Origin: Geosiphon pyriformis uo1
Taxonomy: Eukaryota; Fungi; Glomeromycota
Assembly: GCA_016748015.1 (NCBI GenBank)
Contig: JAAOMT010000168.1
Coordinates: 43,991 to 107,990 of the forward strand
Reading direction: 5' to 3'
Length of the DNA: 64,000 nt
In this document: positions 39,720 through 51,908 of the stretch, in pieces
Layout: each line of letters starts with the position of its first letter
Numbering within the stretch: the first letter of the stretch is position 1
Notes under the pieces: model-generated
Told to the model about the DNA's origin: nothing
Seen by the model: the letters and a program-made list of their open reading frames with translations, nothing else
Database searches by the model: none
Made by a program: the position numbers and the translations under genes

Positions 39720-42700
39720 TTTTCTCTTTTTAATCCTCTAACCATAATGAAAGCTTTATTTTATCAAAGTTTTAGCTTTCTTTTTTCCTTTTTACTTTCA
39801 GTTATTTCTTTTAATACACTTCTTTTTGTTGCTATAAACCCAGTGGACACTTCTGTTAATGGTTTTGGTTCTGTTTTGGCTGGGTTGGAGACCCAGTCTA
39901 GCACTAAGAAAAAAGCATGTATTGAGAGTATCTATTCTTATGGTTCTTTGTACAAAAAAACTAAGAATCCTGAAGTTACTGGTGGTTTAGTAAATTTGTC
40001 AGCTGGTCTCATTTCTATCAACATCTTTTAAGTTAAAGCTAAAGAATACAAGGTATTCTGGAATAGTAAGATTGAAAATAACAAATCTAGTATAAGTAGG
40101 GTGTTGGATGTTGAGAACTTAAAAAACATGATAGCTGAAGAGACAAGCTATATTAACTTCAACACTTTAGATACAAATAACATAATAGACAATACAATTT
40201 CAAAAAAGACACAAACAAAGACTTACATCTTGGGACAACCACCAAAAATGCTCTTTTTTAACACTCTAAGTAATGATAATATTAAGTTAGTGCTTCTGGC
40301 ACCTAAATTTGTTGGGTTTAATTGGCTGCTGCGTGCTGAGTTATGTGTCTTGAAAAAACATAGCTTTGAACCAGTTAAATTGTTTGCATTAGATATTAAG
40401 CTATCTACAATATCTGGTAAGACTATAAGTGATAAATTAATTTCTATTAAAAAAATTTTTTATCATGTGGATGGTTTTGGAGGAGCTTCTACTCTCTCAA
40501 AATTCCCAGGAATTATCAGATCATCTTTTACATCTGAATCAAGTTTGAATAAGGCAAAAGATTTGGCAATTTGTGAAAAAATTTTAGTTAATAATGATGT
40601 AAAAAAAACAATTGGTTGTACCAATTGGAAAATAATTGTCAAAGAGATCCCAGTAAATCTTTCCAAATTGGCAATAGAAGTGGTTTTTTCTAAATTTGGT
40701 AAAATCAATTCAATCAGACTATAGCTAATTGGTCTTTGGCAGAAAGCCTTGATTGAGTTTGAATTTTTAAAAGTGACCAGTTTAGTTACTTCTAAATAGT
40801 TGGTTTTTGTGGGTAAAGATTTTGTGCAGATAGCTCTAGCCATTAATAATAAAGATTCATGGATAAATAAGAATTGGCATTGGGCTCTGCTTTACACTTT
40901 TCTAATTGGTACTATTGCTCATGATTTGTCAAATTTGTTTTATTGGGCATAATCCGGTTTTATATGTTTACAATAAAAGTGTTGTCATTTGTTTTGGTAA
41001 TAAAAAGTCAAAAAATGCTGTTATTGGTTTTTTGCCAGTTTTCAAAGATGTAAATTTGTGCTGGACAGGTTTTTCTTTGGCCTGTTGTGCTAAGTGTAAA
41101 CAACTTAGTCATATTTCTGATGTATGTTTAATAGGTAAGAATTCTGGTATATATAGTAAGTAGGTAGTAACTTCTTAAGATTAAGTTCACTTGGCCAATA
41201 TATATAAGAGAAAGCAAACACCAATTATTTACCCAGTTTTTTTTGGCAGAAAAACTTGGGCCCAAGTTACTGGTGGCCCTTCTTTTCATGTGATTTATTT
41301 TGTTGCTTCTGGTGTTGGTTTACTTCCAGGTGTAAAATCTTTTTTGTCAAATTCTATCTTTTTTAAGATCTCTAGTTTAAATGATCATTTGGCATTCTTG
41401 AAGTGCTCTTTGAAGCATTTGATGGATCAAGTTTCTGATATTTTGAAAAAGCTAAGCTTAGTAGAATTAATACCTTTGGTGTCCTCAGTTCTTGCTTTCT
41501 TTCCTATTGGTTCTGAGTCTTTAATCTTAGGTTTAGAATCAAATATGACTTTGGATGATGCACTGGTATCACCAGTTTTTTCTCTCTCTGTTATTGATAA
41601 TGTTGTGTCCAGTTTGAGTAGCTCAAAAGTGCTAACCAATAAGATGGGTGGCTTGGAAATAAAAATGGTGTCTTTGGAAGTGTCAATCAGTTCAGTGTTG
41701 GCTAGATTGAATTGTTTGTGCTCTAATTTGGGTTCTTTGTTACATTCTTTGTTCTAATAAGTGGTCTGATATGGAAATTTACTATATGTAATGTCTAAAG
41801 TATCAATATTCCTATGAAGCAAGTGGATATTGTCTGTTGGCATGTAAATTCTGGTAGTTTTGTGTCTTTTGTTACATAAACTAAATTGTGGTCTAGTGTC
41901 AAGCCATGAATTGCCAATAAGTTTAAAGATGTATGTGTTTTTATATCTGGTTTGGACAAAAGATTTCTTGATGCTGGAGTGGTCATAATTATGAACAATT
42001 TATTGGCTTGTCATGTATCTAAAGTGGAAGAAATTCCTGGTTGGATTATTTCAGTGTGACTGTTATTTAAAGGCAAGCTTTTAATTACAATTTTGAGTTT
42101 GTATGCTGGTGTTTTTCCTGAAACTAGGTTTGATCAAACTTTGGAGGTGAACTCTCTGATTGCAAAAGCTGTTAACTTCAGCACTTTTGTGGTCTTGAGT
42201 AGAGATTTTAATAAGAATAGATCTGAAAAGAGTGCAAGTTATAAGTTCTGTTTGGGTTTGAGTTTGATTAATTTATTTGCTATCCATCATTTGGTGAAAA
42301 CTCTTACATAGAGTAATTTCAGAGGAGTTGAAAAAACAATTAATCACATTTTTATCAGTGAGAATTTATTATTTGCAGTCACCAATCATTAGGTCTGCTT
42401 TGTTTTCAGTTTTTTCAATACTAATTACAATGTCATTATGGTTTTGATTGACTTGAGTGGGCTCTTAAATGTTTATTTGAATAGTCTGCACAAACAGACT
42501 AACAGAGATTATTGGAAGTTTAAAATTAAGAATACTAATTGCTTCAAATAGGCTGAATTTAGGGACTGTTCTTCTGTCAAGCTTTTAATAATTGTTAATA
42601 AATTCTCTGATGCCATATTCTGTGGTAATTTAAATAGTATGTAAGCAATTTTGAAGAAGATGATAGTGGAGTCAGCTGATGAAATATTTTCAAAACATTG

Positions 42701-44831
42701 GTTTAGTGAATTTTAGTGTTCAAGAAATCAACATTTTTCTAAGTTTTTTGGTTTGGAATTGTTGGTTGCCAAAATTGTTAAAACATTTAACTCTGACAAC
42801 ATGTCTGAGGTTAATCATCTTGCAAAAATATGGTCAATTTTAGATGATACTAAGGCTTGCAATTTTGCTGATTTGGTGTATTTAGAGGTAAAATCTGTGG
42901 TGGTTCTCAAACATTTGTTATTAGCTTATAAAGAATACAGAAAGTCTAATATATATAAGTCAAAGTTGGTTAAAAAGGCTTCTATTAGAAAAGCAAATAC
43001 AATACATATGGAAAATTTTTGTTCCAACAAAGGTAGCATAATTTGCAATGTTTTGAAACAACTCTTTTACAAGATAGTTTTGGATCACTTGGTGGTAAAT
43101 AATAAGTTAGTTTTGGAACCAGAAGAGATAAAATCAGGTGTGAATAGAATCATAAAAGGTTGGACAAGAAAACATACAATGCCTCTGATACTACCTGATC
43201 TTTGGACTCACTAGTATGCATTATTAGACTATGTCAGGAAAGATGCTTTTTCTGGTGTGATGGATGTAATTAGTATAAGTAAATTGTTCTTGATTGTTAA
43301 TGGTCTGCTTAATAGTAAAGCCACTGGCTTATTTGGCATTCCTAATGAACTATAGAAACATAACAGTAAGGATGTGTTAGAATGTTTTTTGGTGTTGTTG
43401 AACATGTGTTTAATTGTTGGTAGTGTGCCTGTTTTGTAGATGAGAGCTTGGGTTTTGATAATTTCTAAACCTTATGACTGAGATAAAGTCTTTATGAATA
43501 CACATCCCATAGCTTTGATTGAAACTGCCAAAAAAATTCTATTTAAGATTTTGTTTAATTGTATTTCATTGGCATGCAGCAAGTTTAATGTTCTCTAGGA
43601 TGATAATTTTTTGGTGTTAAGGAGTACATCTACACAATCTCTTATATTTGTTATCAGGTCAGTAGTTGAAGATACTCTTAAAAAAAATAGGGAAATTTAG
43701 TTAGTCCTGCAGAATATGCAGAAAGTATATAATTTAGTTGAGTAGCACCACTTGGAAAATAGCTTGCAGTGTATTAAAATATGTAAGAAATTCATTCAGT
43801 TTTTTGGTAGTATTCATAAGAATAGATTTAACAAAATGATGACTGATTTTAGGTTGTCAAATAGTTATAGGGTGTTTGATAGATTGGATCAGAATGAAGT
43901 TTTTTCACCCCTTCTGTGGAGGATCTTTTATAATTTTCTCTTGTATAAAGTTAAAAGACATAAATATTTGTGTAAGTACTGAATCAATAGTAAATTTGTT
44001 TCAAAGACAGGCAGAGTTAAGAATAGTGGTAGAATAACTTCTTTTTTTGCAGCAAGTGTATTTGTTAATGACACTATTTGAATTGGGAATTTTCAGATCT
44101 TTACTCAGTATGTTTTGAACATTACCAATAAGTTTTTTGAAATCAACAATATTTCTATCAACAGTAAAAAAACAGTGGTTATTCTCATAAATCAGGGTAT
44201 TAGGGTTGCTTTTTTCAATATTTGTGATCAGCCAATCACAATTGTTAAGAAAAGTAATATTCATTATTACCTAAGAATTTTTTGTTTACCAATGGCTTAT
44301 CCAAGCCAAGTATTGCCAAGACTTATTCTGATGTTCATTTTTTGTTAATGTTGTGCTTTGGAAGGCTATTACAGATAAACAATTCTCTTATTTGGTATTA
44401 GCTGTCCTGCAGTCTATAATCAGTTATCAAACTCAGTTCAGTTTTGTTTCATCAAATGTGTGTTGCATGTGAGATGTTATGATCAGAAAAAGTTTCAAAC
44501 TGAAAGCATGTCTGCCCCATAATTTTTTGAATACAGCTTTGTATTATCCCTCTTTGTATGACTTGAAGTCTTTTAAACAAATGCAGTCTGAAGCAAAGAT
44601 GGCTGCTCTGATCTCCTTTTCCAATGCTGTAGACATTCTTGAATATTTGTTTAGTCATAGATTCTTGAACTTGCAAGTTTTAAGTTGGGCTTTTTTGAAT
44701 CCTTTGCAGTTTTTTGTCAAGTTACATGTTAGTCCAGTAAACAATTTTTTAGTTAAAATGGTAAAAATTTTTTTGGGCAATAAGCTTTTATTGGTTAACA
44801 ATTTTCTAAATGTCTTTCATAGTTTTGGTCC
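39720..44831 (+). mobile_element. LINE F, 5'-intact, truncated after RT by an LTR element
   Basis: Same 5' motif (TAACCATAATGAAAGC); ORF1 with CAKCKQLSHISDVC; ORF2 from 41757 with APE and RT motifs (LDQNEVFSPLLW). Switches abruptly to LTR sequence at ~44832. Confidence 0.9.
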
Positions 44832-47610
44832 AAAATTTCTAGCTAGAAAATTAAGAAATTCAAGGAATCTCATATATCATAAATTATGTATATATAATAG
44901 CAGTATCAGAAGCTAAAAAATTAGTTAATTAGACTTGCAAATCATAATAATTAAATACTTTTTCTTTTAAAAATAATTGTTATCAACCAAAATAAAATTA
45001 TATTAATAAAATATTCCTTTAATTTTTCAAATCCATGTTATTATTTACTACTTAATCTGCTGGCATAATAGCTCTTAATCACAGCTATTGACAAGACACT
45101 TATTTCTTATTTTATTTTATTTTATTTTATTTTTTTATTTTCTTTTATTTTTTTATTTTTTTTTATTTTTGTTTGTTAATTTACTAATTGATTAAAAAAT
45201 TAACATACAGAGTCACTGACATCAAAAAGACTGGTAAAAGATCTGTGAAACAAAGATAAAACACTTATAATTGAGGATAGCTTACCAAGAAAATTACTGG
45301 CCATTACACTGAGAAAAAAATTTGACAAAATTGCAATTCCAGAAAGTTACAGATAAAACAATATCTGAATCTCTGTTTATTATGCAAAAAACTTAACCAA
45401 AACCTTTAGATTACAAAAACCTTTAGAAATCAACACTATTATATTAATTGAGCACCAAGTTATGAATTTGTTATTTGTTTTCATATCCCAAATAATCATT
45501 TATAACATTTGGTACTCTCTGTAAGGTATAATCTAACAGAAAACTAATTATTTGTAATATTTGATGCTTTCTGTAAGATATAATTCAACAGAAAACCAGC
45601 ATTAACAACAACCATACAGAAAAGTAACAGACCAAGAGAAAACAAAAAAAAATCACTTAGGATTTGTGAAATTTTTATTTTAGTATTATTTTTAATAAAC
45701 TTGTTAAAATTAAAACTCTAATTATTCAAAATCTGATTATTAAAACCCCAAACATTTGAAAATTACCATTGATAACTCTTTAAAATTTGTTAAATTAAAG
45801 CTTTGATTATTTAAGCCCTAATCATTAAAATCCCAAATATTCAAAACTTACCTTTGATAAACTTTTTAAAATTAAAACTCTAATTATTCAAACCCAATTA
45901 TTAAAACCCCGAACATTCAAAAATTGCTGTTAATAAACTTGTTAAAACTTGTTAAATTAAAACTCCAATTATTCAAGACCCAATTGTTTAAAAACCCAAA
46001 AATTTGAAACTTAATAATTCTAATATCACTATCATACAAAAAAACTTACTGTTAATAAAAACTCATTAAACTTTTAGCAATTCAAACTTTGAAAATTATT
46101 TAAAAACCCAAACATTTGAAGTCTAATAAATTCCAAACTTCACTATCATACAAGAAAACTTATCTCTAATAGTCCAATAAAACTTAATTTCCACAATATT
46201 AATAAATCAGCAAAACTTATTTGATAGTTTTAAATCAAAATATTAGAATGTAGTCACAATTTACTTTCATGTTCATATATTTAAAGAAAAGCCAATCAGT
46301 AAGAACAAATGGAAATCAAAATCAGAACTTAATTTTAATTCAAACCTTACTAATAATAACAATGATTCAAACTCCACTAATAACAGCAATAATTTAAACT
46401 CCACTAATAACAACAATAATTCAAACTTTGTTAATGACAACAACAATTTAAACTTTATCCACAACAATTTAAATTCTGTTTCAAATACTAAACAATATAT
46501 CACACTTCTAGATCTTATAATAAAACTGGAATTAACTTAATTCAACAATAATAATAAGGGCATTATGTTTGAACATATACATAATACAGATGCAAGATTT
46601 GAATTTAGATATTCTAAACAAACCACAATAGTTAAAAACTCCAATTATGTATAAAAATTAGATTTAAAAATAGCAATAGAAATTACAGCAACAATATTGA
46701 TACAAAAGAAAAATTTAGAAAATTTTACAGAAGCTCAATATTAAAGAAAAAAATAATATTATTTATAGAATATAGAAATTATATATTAGTACATAAATTA
46801 GCCAATCAAAATAAACGTAGTAAAAGTGGAATTACAGAATTTCTTTTAGAAGAATTATAGGATTTCAGAATTATAGAATTTCTGTATAAAGAATTACAGA
46901 ATTCTTGAAATTCCAAAATTTCTGGCTAAAAATTAAAGAATTCAAGAAATCTTATATAACATAAATTATGTATATATAACAGTAATATTAGAAGCTAAAA
47001 AATTAATCAATTAGACTTTCAAAGTTAATTAAACTTACAAATCATAATTATTAAATACTTTTCTCTTCAAGAGATAGTTGCTATCAACCAAAATGAAATT
47101 ATATCAATAAAATATCTCTTTAAATCTTCAAATCTATGTTATTATTTACTACTTAATCTATTGGCACAATATTTTTTGATTATGGCTATTGACAAAACAC
47201 TTATTTTTTATTTTTTATTTTATTTTTCTTTATTTATTTATTTTCTTTTATTTTTTTTATTTTTTTTTATTTTTGTTTGTTGATTTATTAATTAATTAAA
47301 AGATTAATGTGTGAAGTTATTGACATTAAAGAAACTGGTAAAAGACCCATAAAACAAAGATAAAATACTTATAATTAAGAATAATTTATCAGGAAGATTA
47401 CCAGCCACTATGCTAAAAAAAAATTTGACAGAATTGCAATTCTGGAAAGCTATGAATAAAACAATACCTAAATCTCTGTTTATTATACAAAAAACTTAAT
47501 CAAAACCTTTAGATTATAAAAATTTTCAGAAACCAACATTATTATATCAATTAAGCACCAAGTTACAAGTTTGTTATTTGTTTTTATATCTCAAATAATC
47601 ATCTGTAATA
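44832..47610 (+). mobile_element. Gypsy family A non-autonomous mini-element G3 (TRIM/LARD-like)
   Basis: Partial 5' LTR 44832-45507 and complete 3' LTR 46757-47610 are closely similar direct repeats. The interior holds a doubled PBS, tandem repeats, an Asn/Ser-rich tract and the dUTPase N-terminus (46493-46705) joined to the PPT. Confidence 0.85.
45695..46180 (+). repeat. Degenerate tandem repeats (~80-90-bp unit, at least 4 copies) inside G3
   Basis: Recurring TTAAAACTC(C/T)AATTATTCAA...TTAAAACCCC.AACATT.GAAA blocks. Confidence 0.75.
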
Positions 47611-50600
47611 CTAGTGCTAATGTAATAAACCCTTGTATTCTCCTAATAATGAATGTAAATTCTGTCTAATCTATTATAAAGATTGGGAACCTATTAGTCT
47701 AATACTCAAAGAAGAACTAAAAAAATACAAAAGTTCTTTGAAAATAAACCACCTGAGATCTAATCACTTGCAATAAAATATAAAAAACTTTTCTTTAAAG
47801 AAAAAAAAATAGACATTAAAAATCTGTTGGTTAGAAATAGCCCAGTTATTTAAAAAAAAAAGGATACCTCTAAATAAACTCATATATTATAATATATCAT
47901 TACTATCAAAAAAACTTACTCCATTTATTTGAAGCCTTATCAATCTAATTAATACAATAATGAGTTTATTAAAAAAGAGATAAACTGAATAAAAAATCTT
48001 GGATTTATACAAAAAACCAAAAGTAAATGGACTTTCTTAGTTATAGTAGTATCCAAAAAAGACAGAACTCTATACTTCTGTGTTGATTATTACCAATTAA
48101 ATGCTATTATTATAAGAGACATATACTTACTTCCCAAAATTGATGTAATGCTAAACAAATTCAATAGTACTGCTTTTTTTTTAATCATTAACTTAACTGC
48201 TGAATTCTGGCAAGTAGAAATAGATCCAGAAAACAAAAAAATAACTGTCTTTATTACCAAATATGGCATTTATGAATTTACAGTTATGCTTTTTGGTTTT
48301 ACTAATACTTTTTTTATTTTTTAATGTCTAATAAACAAAGTGTTTAAATTAATAAAAGAAAACTTTGTTTTAATTTATTTAAATGATATAATAATATACT
48401 CAAAAACCTGAAATAAACTTCTTAAACACTTGCAAAAGATTTTTGATCTTCTTAAAAATACTGGTTTTAAGATAAACCTAATTAAATTTTTTTTTGAATA
48501 ACAATTTTCCCAGTTTTTTGGTTATCTTATTACAAAAGATAGAATCTTTCCTGATCCAGCTAAAGTTGAAAAAGTCTAAAACATTAAACAATCAATAAAT
48601 ATTCCTAAACTATGCTTTTTCTTTGGTTTGGCTTTTACTATTACAAATTTATTAAAAATTTCTCTAAAATTGTCTTTCCTTTCAATTACTATTCAGAAAA
48701 AATATTAATTATTACTGGAGCATTTATCAACAAAAAGCTTTTGAAACTCTAAAAAAAAAACTTATTACTATACTAATATATCTGGTTATAGATTTGGTAC
48801 TGTTTTTTCACAAAAAAATAAAAATAACAGAGAACATATTATAGCATATGTCAGTAGAACGCTCACATCAACAGAAAAAAACTATTCAATTACTAAACAA
48901 AAATGCTTAGCAGTAGTTTGGGCTACTAGTTATTAGAATTAATATCTTTTTGGTGTAAAATTCTTAGTGATAACAGATTATTAAGCTTTGGTTTAGCTAT
49001 ATAACAAAAAAAAACTAGAACATAAATAGATAACTTGCTAAATACTTTACTTAAATAAATTCAACTATAATATACAATACTGCAAAGGAGCAAATTATCA
49101 AAACACCAATGTTTTTTCCAGACTTACTATCCAGTGATAGTACAATCTTTCAACCAAATCATTTTAATTATTAGTATTTTTTTCTTTAACAAACATGATA
49201 ATAGACTTAGATAACTACTCTGCCTTAATAAAATTTTTAGATAAAAGACAATATCTATTAGACTACACTTAATAACAAAAAGAACATTTATACAAACAAT
49301 CAAATTTTTATTTGATTTGCCAAAACCAATTATATAAAAAAAATTAAAAAATTCTAACCACTTTTAGAGAATCATAAGATTTGAGGAAAAAGAAATTGTA
49401 ATATACAACATACATACTAATCTATTAGCTAAACACTTTGAAAAAACTAAAACAATTCAAAAAACTTTAACTTGCTATTATTGGCCTACTTTGGAAAAAG
49501 ACATTGCTGAGTACATCAAAACTTGTAATACTTGCCAAAGAAAAGGAAAACCTAATTGTCAAAAAGATATTCATCTAATCTCTGTTGGTCAATTATTTAA
49601 CAAAATTAACATAAATGTTATTGGACTCTTAATAATAACTTTTGATGACAATAAATATATTATTACAGCTACTGATTATCTTACAAAGTGAGTAGAAGCA
49701 AGAGTCACTCCAGATCAAACAGCAATCTTAATAGCTAATTTCATTTATAAAGATATTATTTATTACTATAGCTATTTCAAAAAACTTTTATCTGATAGAA
49801 AAAGAGCTTCTCTCAGTATACTAGTTAAAAAACTTTGTAGAAAAATGAGAATATGTTATAAACTTTCTTCCTTTTATCACTCTCAGACAAATAACCTAGT
49901 GAAATATTTCAATAGAACACTATGTAAAATCTTAACCAAAACCAGTAAAAAAACAAACTTATAAGACAAAGTACTGTCTTTAGCTTTGTTTGTTTATAAA
50001 ACTGTGAATCATGACATAACAAGTTATGAACTTTTTTATCTATTCTATAAATACATAAAAACACTACTAATAGAAACTGATATTGAAACAATACTTTTTA
50101 AAGAAATCACAATAGGAAATTACAAAGATATTTTGCAAAGAAGATTTGGTATTATTCTTAACTCCTTGGTAGAAACACAAATAATTGTCTTTGAAAAAAT
50201 AAACCAGTTCTAAGAAAAGCTTAAAAAAAAAAAAATCTATAAAACACTTTTTTTAAGTATTAGTAACTTAGTTTTAAAATATTGCTTAGACAGAAACAAT
50301 ATCTATGGTAATAAATTCTCTAACCAGTAAAAAAAACACTTTTTAGTTAACAATGTTTTGAACAATAGTTCTTATATCTTACAAAATTAATATAAAACAA
50401 TCTTTAATAATTATCTTGTTCATGATACATAACTCAAAAAATATTACTAACGATCTGATTAGTTATCTGTTGTAGTAATACTAACCCAAATGATTAGCAA
50501 AAATTAGATATAAATAAATACACCATTTTCAAAACAGAAATATTTTCAATTAACATGAACAATCATTTTTTGGATTAAAATATTCAAAATGGCTTCTATA

Positions 50601-51908
50601 CTCTTCATAAGTATTGGATCAAAAACTATCCAAATGCTATTCTGACTATTAGAAAACAAACCACTATAATTAATAACAATAGAACACATACTGTTATTAA
50701 ACCAAAGAAAACTACTATCAGAAAAAAAAAATTAATAGCAAAATAGATAAATATCTGTTAAAAAATATAATAGCAGCTATACTTTTACTTTCTAGCACAA
50801 TTGAAAAAACAATCCAAGAAATTTTCCCCATAGACAAAAATTTATCATATAGAAGGCAATTAAAACTCTATGGTTGCCTTGGAGAAATTATAGAGAATAT
50901 GAAACTCATGAAGAAAACAACTTCAGAGATACAGGCAGAAATTTTGGGCATTATACAGTTAGATGTTCTAAGAGTTTTGGATACAAAATTCATTTTACTT
51001 CAAGTATTATATATTCTATCCACAAAAAACTTTAACAAACTAGTTAGCTTTAAGTTAGATAAAACTCTTTAAATAAATTATATCATAAATAGCTTGATTT
51101 GGCTAGAGCTCAATCTCTTTGGAGAGGATAATATTATAGTTGAAACCTATATTTCTTATTAATTATCACATGTATTAACTACTGATATTATATAATTAGC
51201 CACTTTATTTTTAGATAGTAATTACTGATCTAATCAATAACCTAACTGTTGACCTAATTATTGATCTAATCATTGACTTAATTATTGACCTAGTTGTTGA
51301 TCTGATCATTGACTACTTTTGATAGTTATATAAGTAATGAATCTTTTAGCTATAAAAAAACATATAAGAACCAAAGAAAAAAATAAAATAAAATAACAAC
51401 TTTATTTTAATCCTTCTCTTATTGCTAATTTCTCTTTTCTTATTTTTAAGTATTTAAATATCTTGGGATAAAAATTACTTATTGACATTTATCTACCTTT
51501 TTCCTAACTTATATAATTATAGCATTTGAAGATTATTAAATAAAATGTGACTAAAGAGTACATTTGATATCTGATATTGAATTCTAAAAGTGCTGACATG
51601 AGGCATAGAATTATATCAGTGTGTAATTATTTGTTGACAGTACAAACTATCTTTCTATCTTCAGATTCTTTGATTATCTTTTGAAAAATATAGTAACTGA
51701 GATATTTTATAAAACTGATCTTACACATTGAATCCATACTCATTCAATTTGCTTTTTGAAGTTAAATTTTCTTTGATTTTTTTTATTACTCTACAATTCT
51801 GTTTTCTCTAACTATCTGTTAGCTTGTTACTCTAACTCATAACAATAGCAAGTTATTTATTATTATTACTAATATATTAAGTCAAGTATTAAAAACACTA
51901 CTATTACA
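47611..51908 (+). mobile_element. Ty3/Gypsy family B copy G4: RT-RNase H-integrase-extra ORF-PPT-3' LTR
   Basis: RT LYFCVDY, GFWQ-like EFWQV, IYLND (YLDD) ~48376; RNase H AYVSRTL..TEKNYS; integrase H..H/CNTC, ATDYLTK, HSQTNNLV; PPT-like GGAGAGGA at 51121; LTR 51135-51908 with decayed TGTAGT..ACTACA ends. Confidence 0.88.
51225..51315 (+). repeat. 12-bp tandem array (~7 copies, consensus TTGACCTAATCA) in the family B LTR
   Basis: tgatctaatcaa taacctaactgt tgacctaattat tgatctaatcat tgacttaattat tgacctagttgt tgatctgatcat. Confidence 0.8.

Noticed and set aside
7324-44831. Alternative genetic code or stop readthrough explaining the in-frame stops
   Set aside because: The stops fall at different Trp/Gln/Arg codons in each copy and include TAA, TAG and TGA, consistent with transition mutations.
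45695-46180. CRISPR-like array
   Set aside because: The units are degenerate tandem repeats without unique spacers; eukaryotic TE context and no cas genes.
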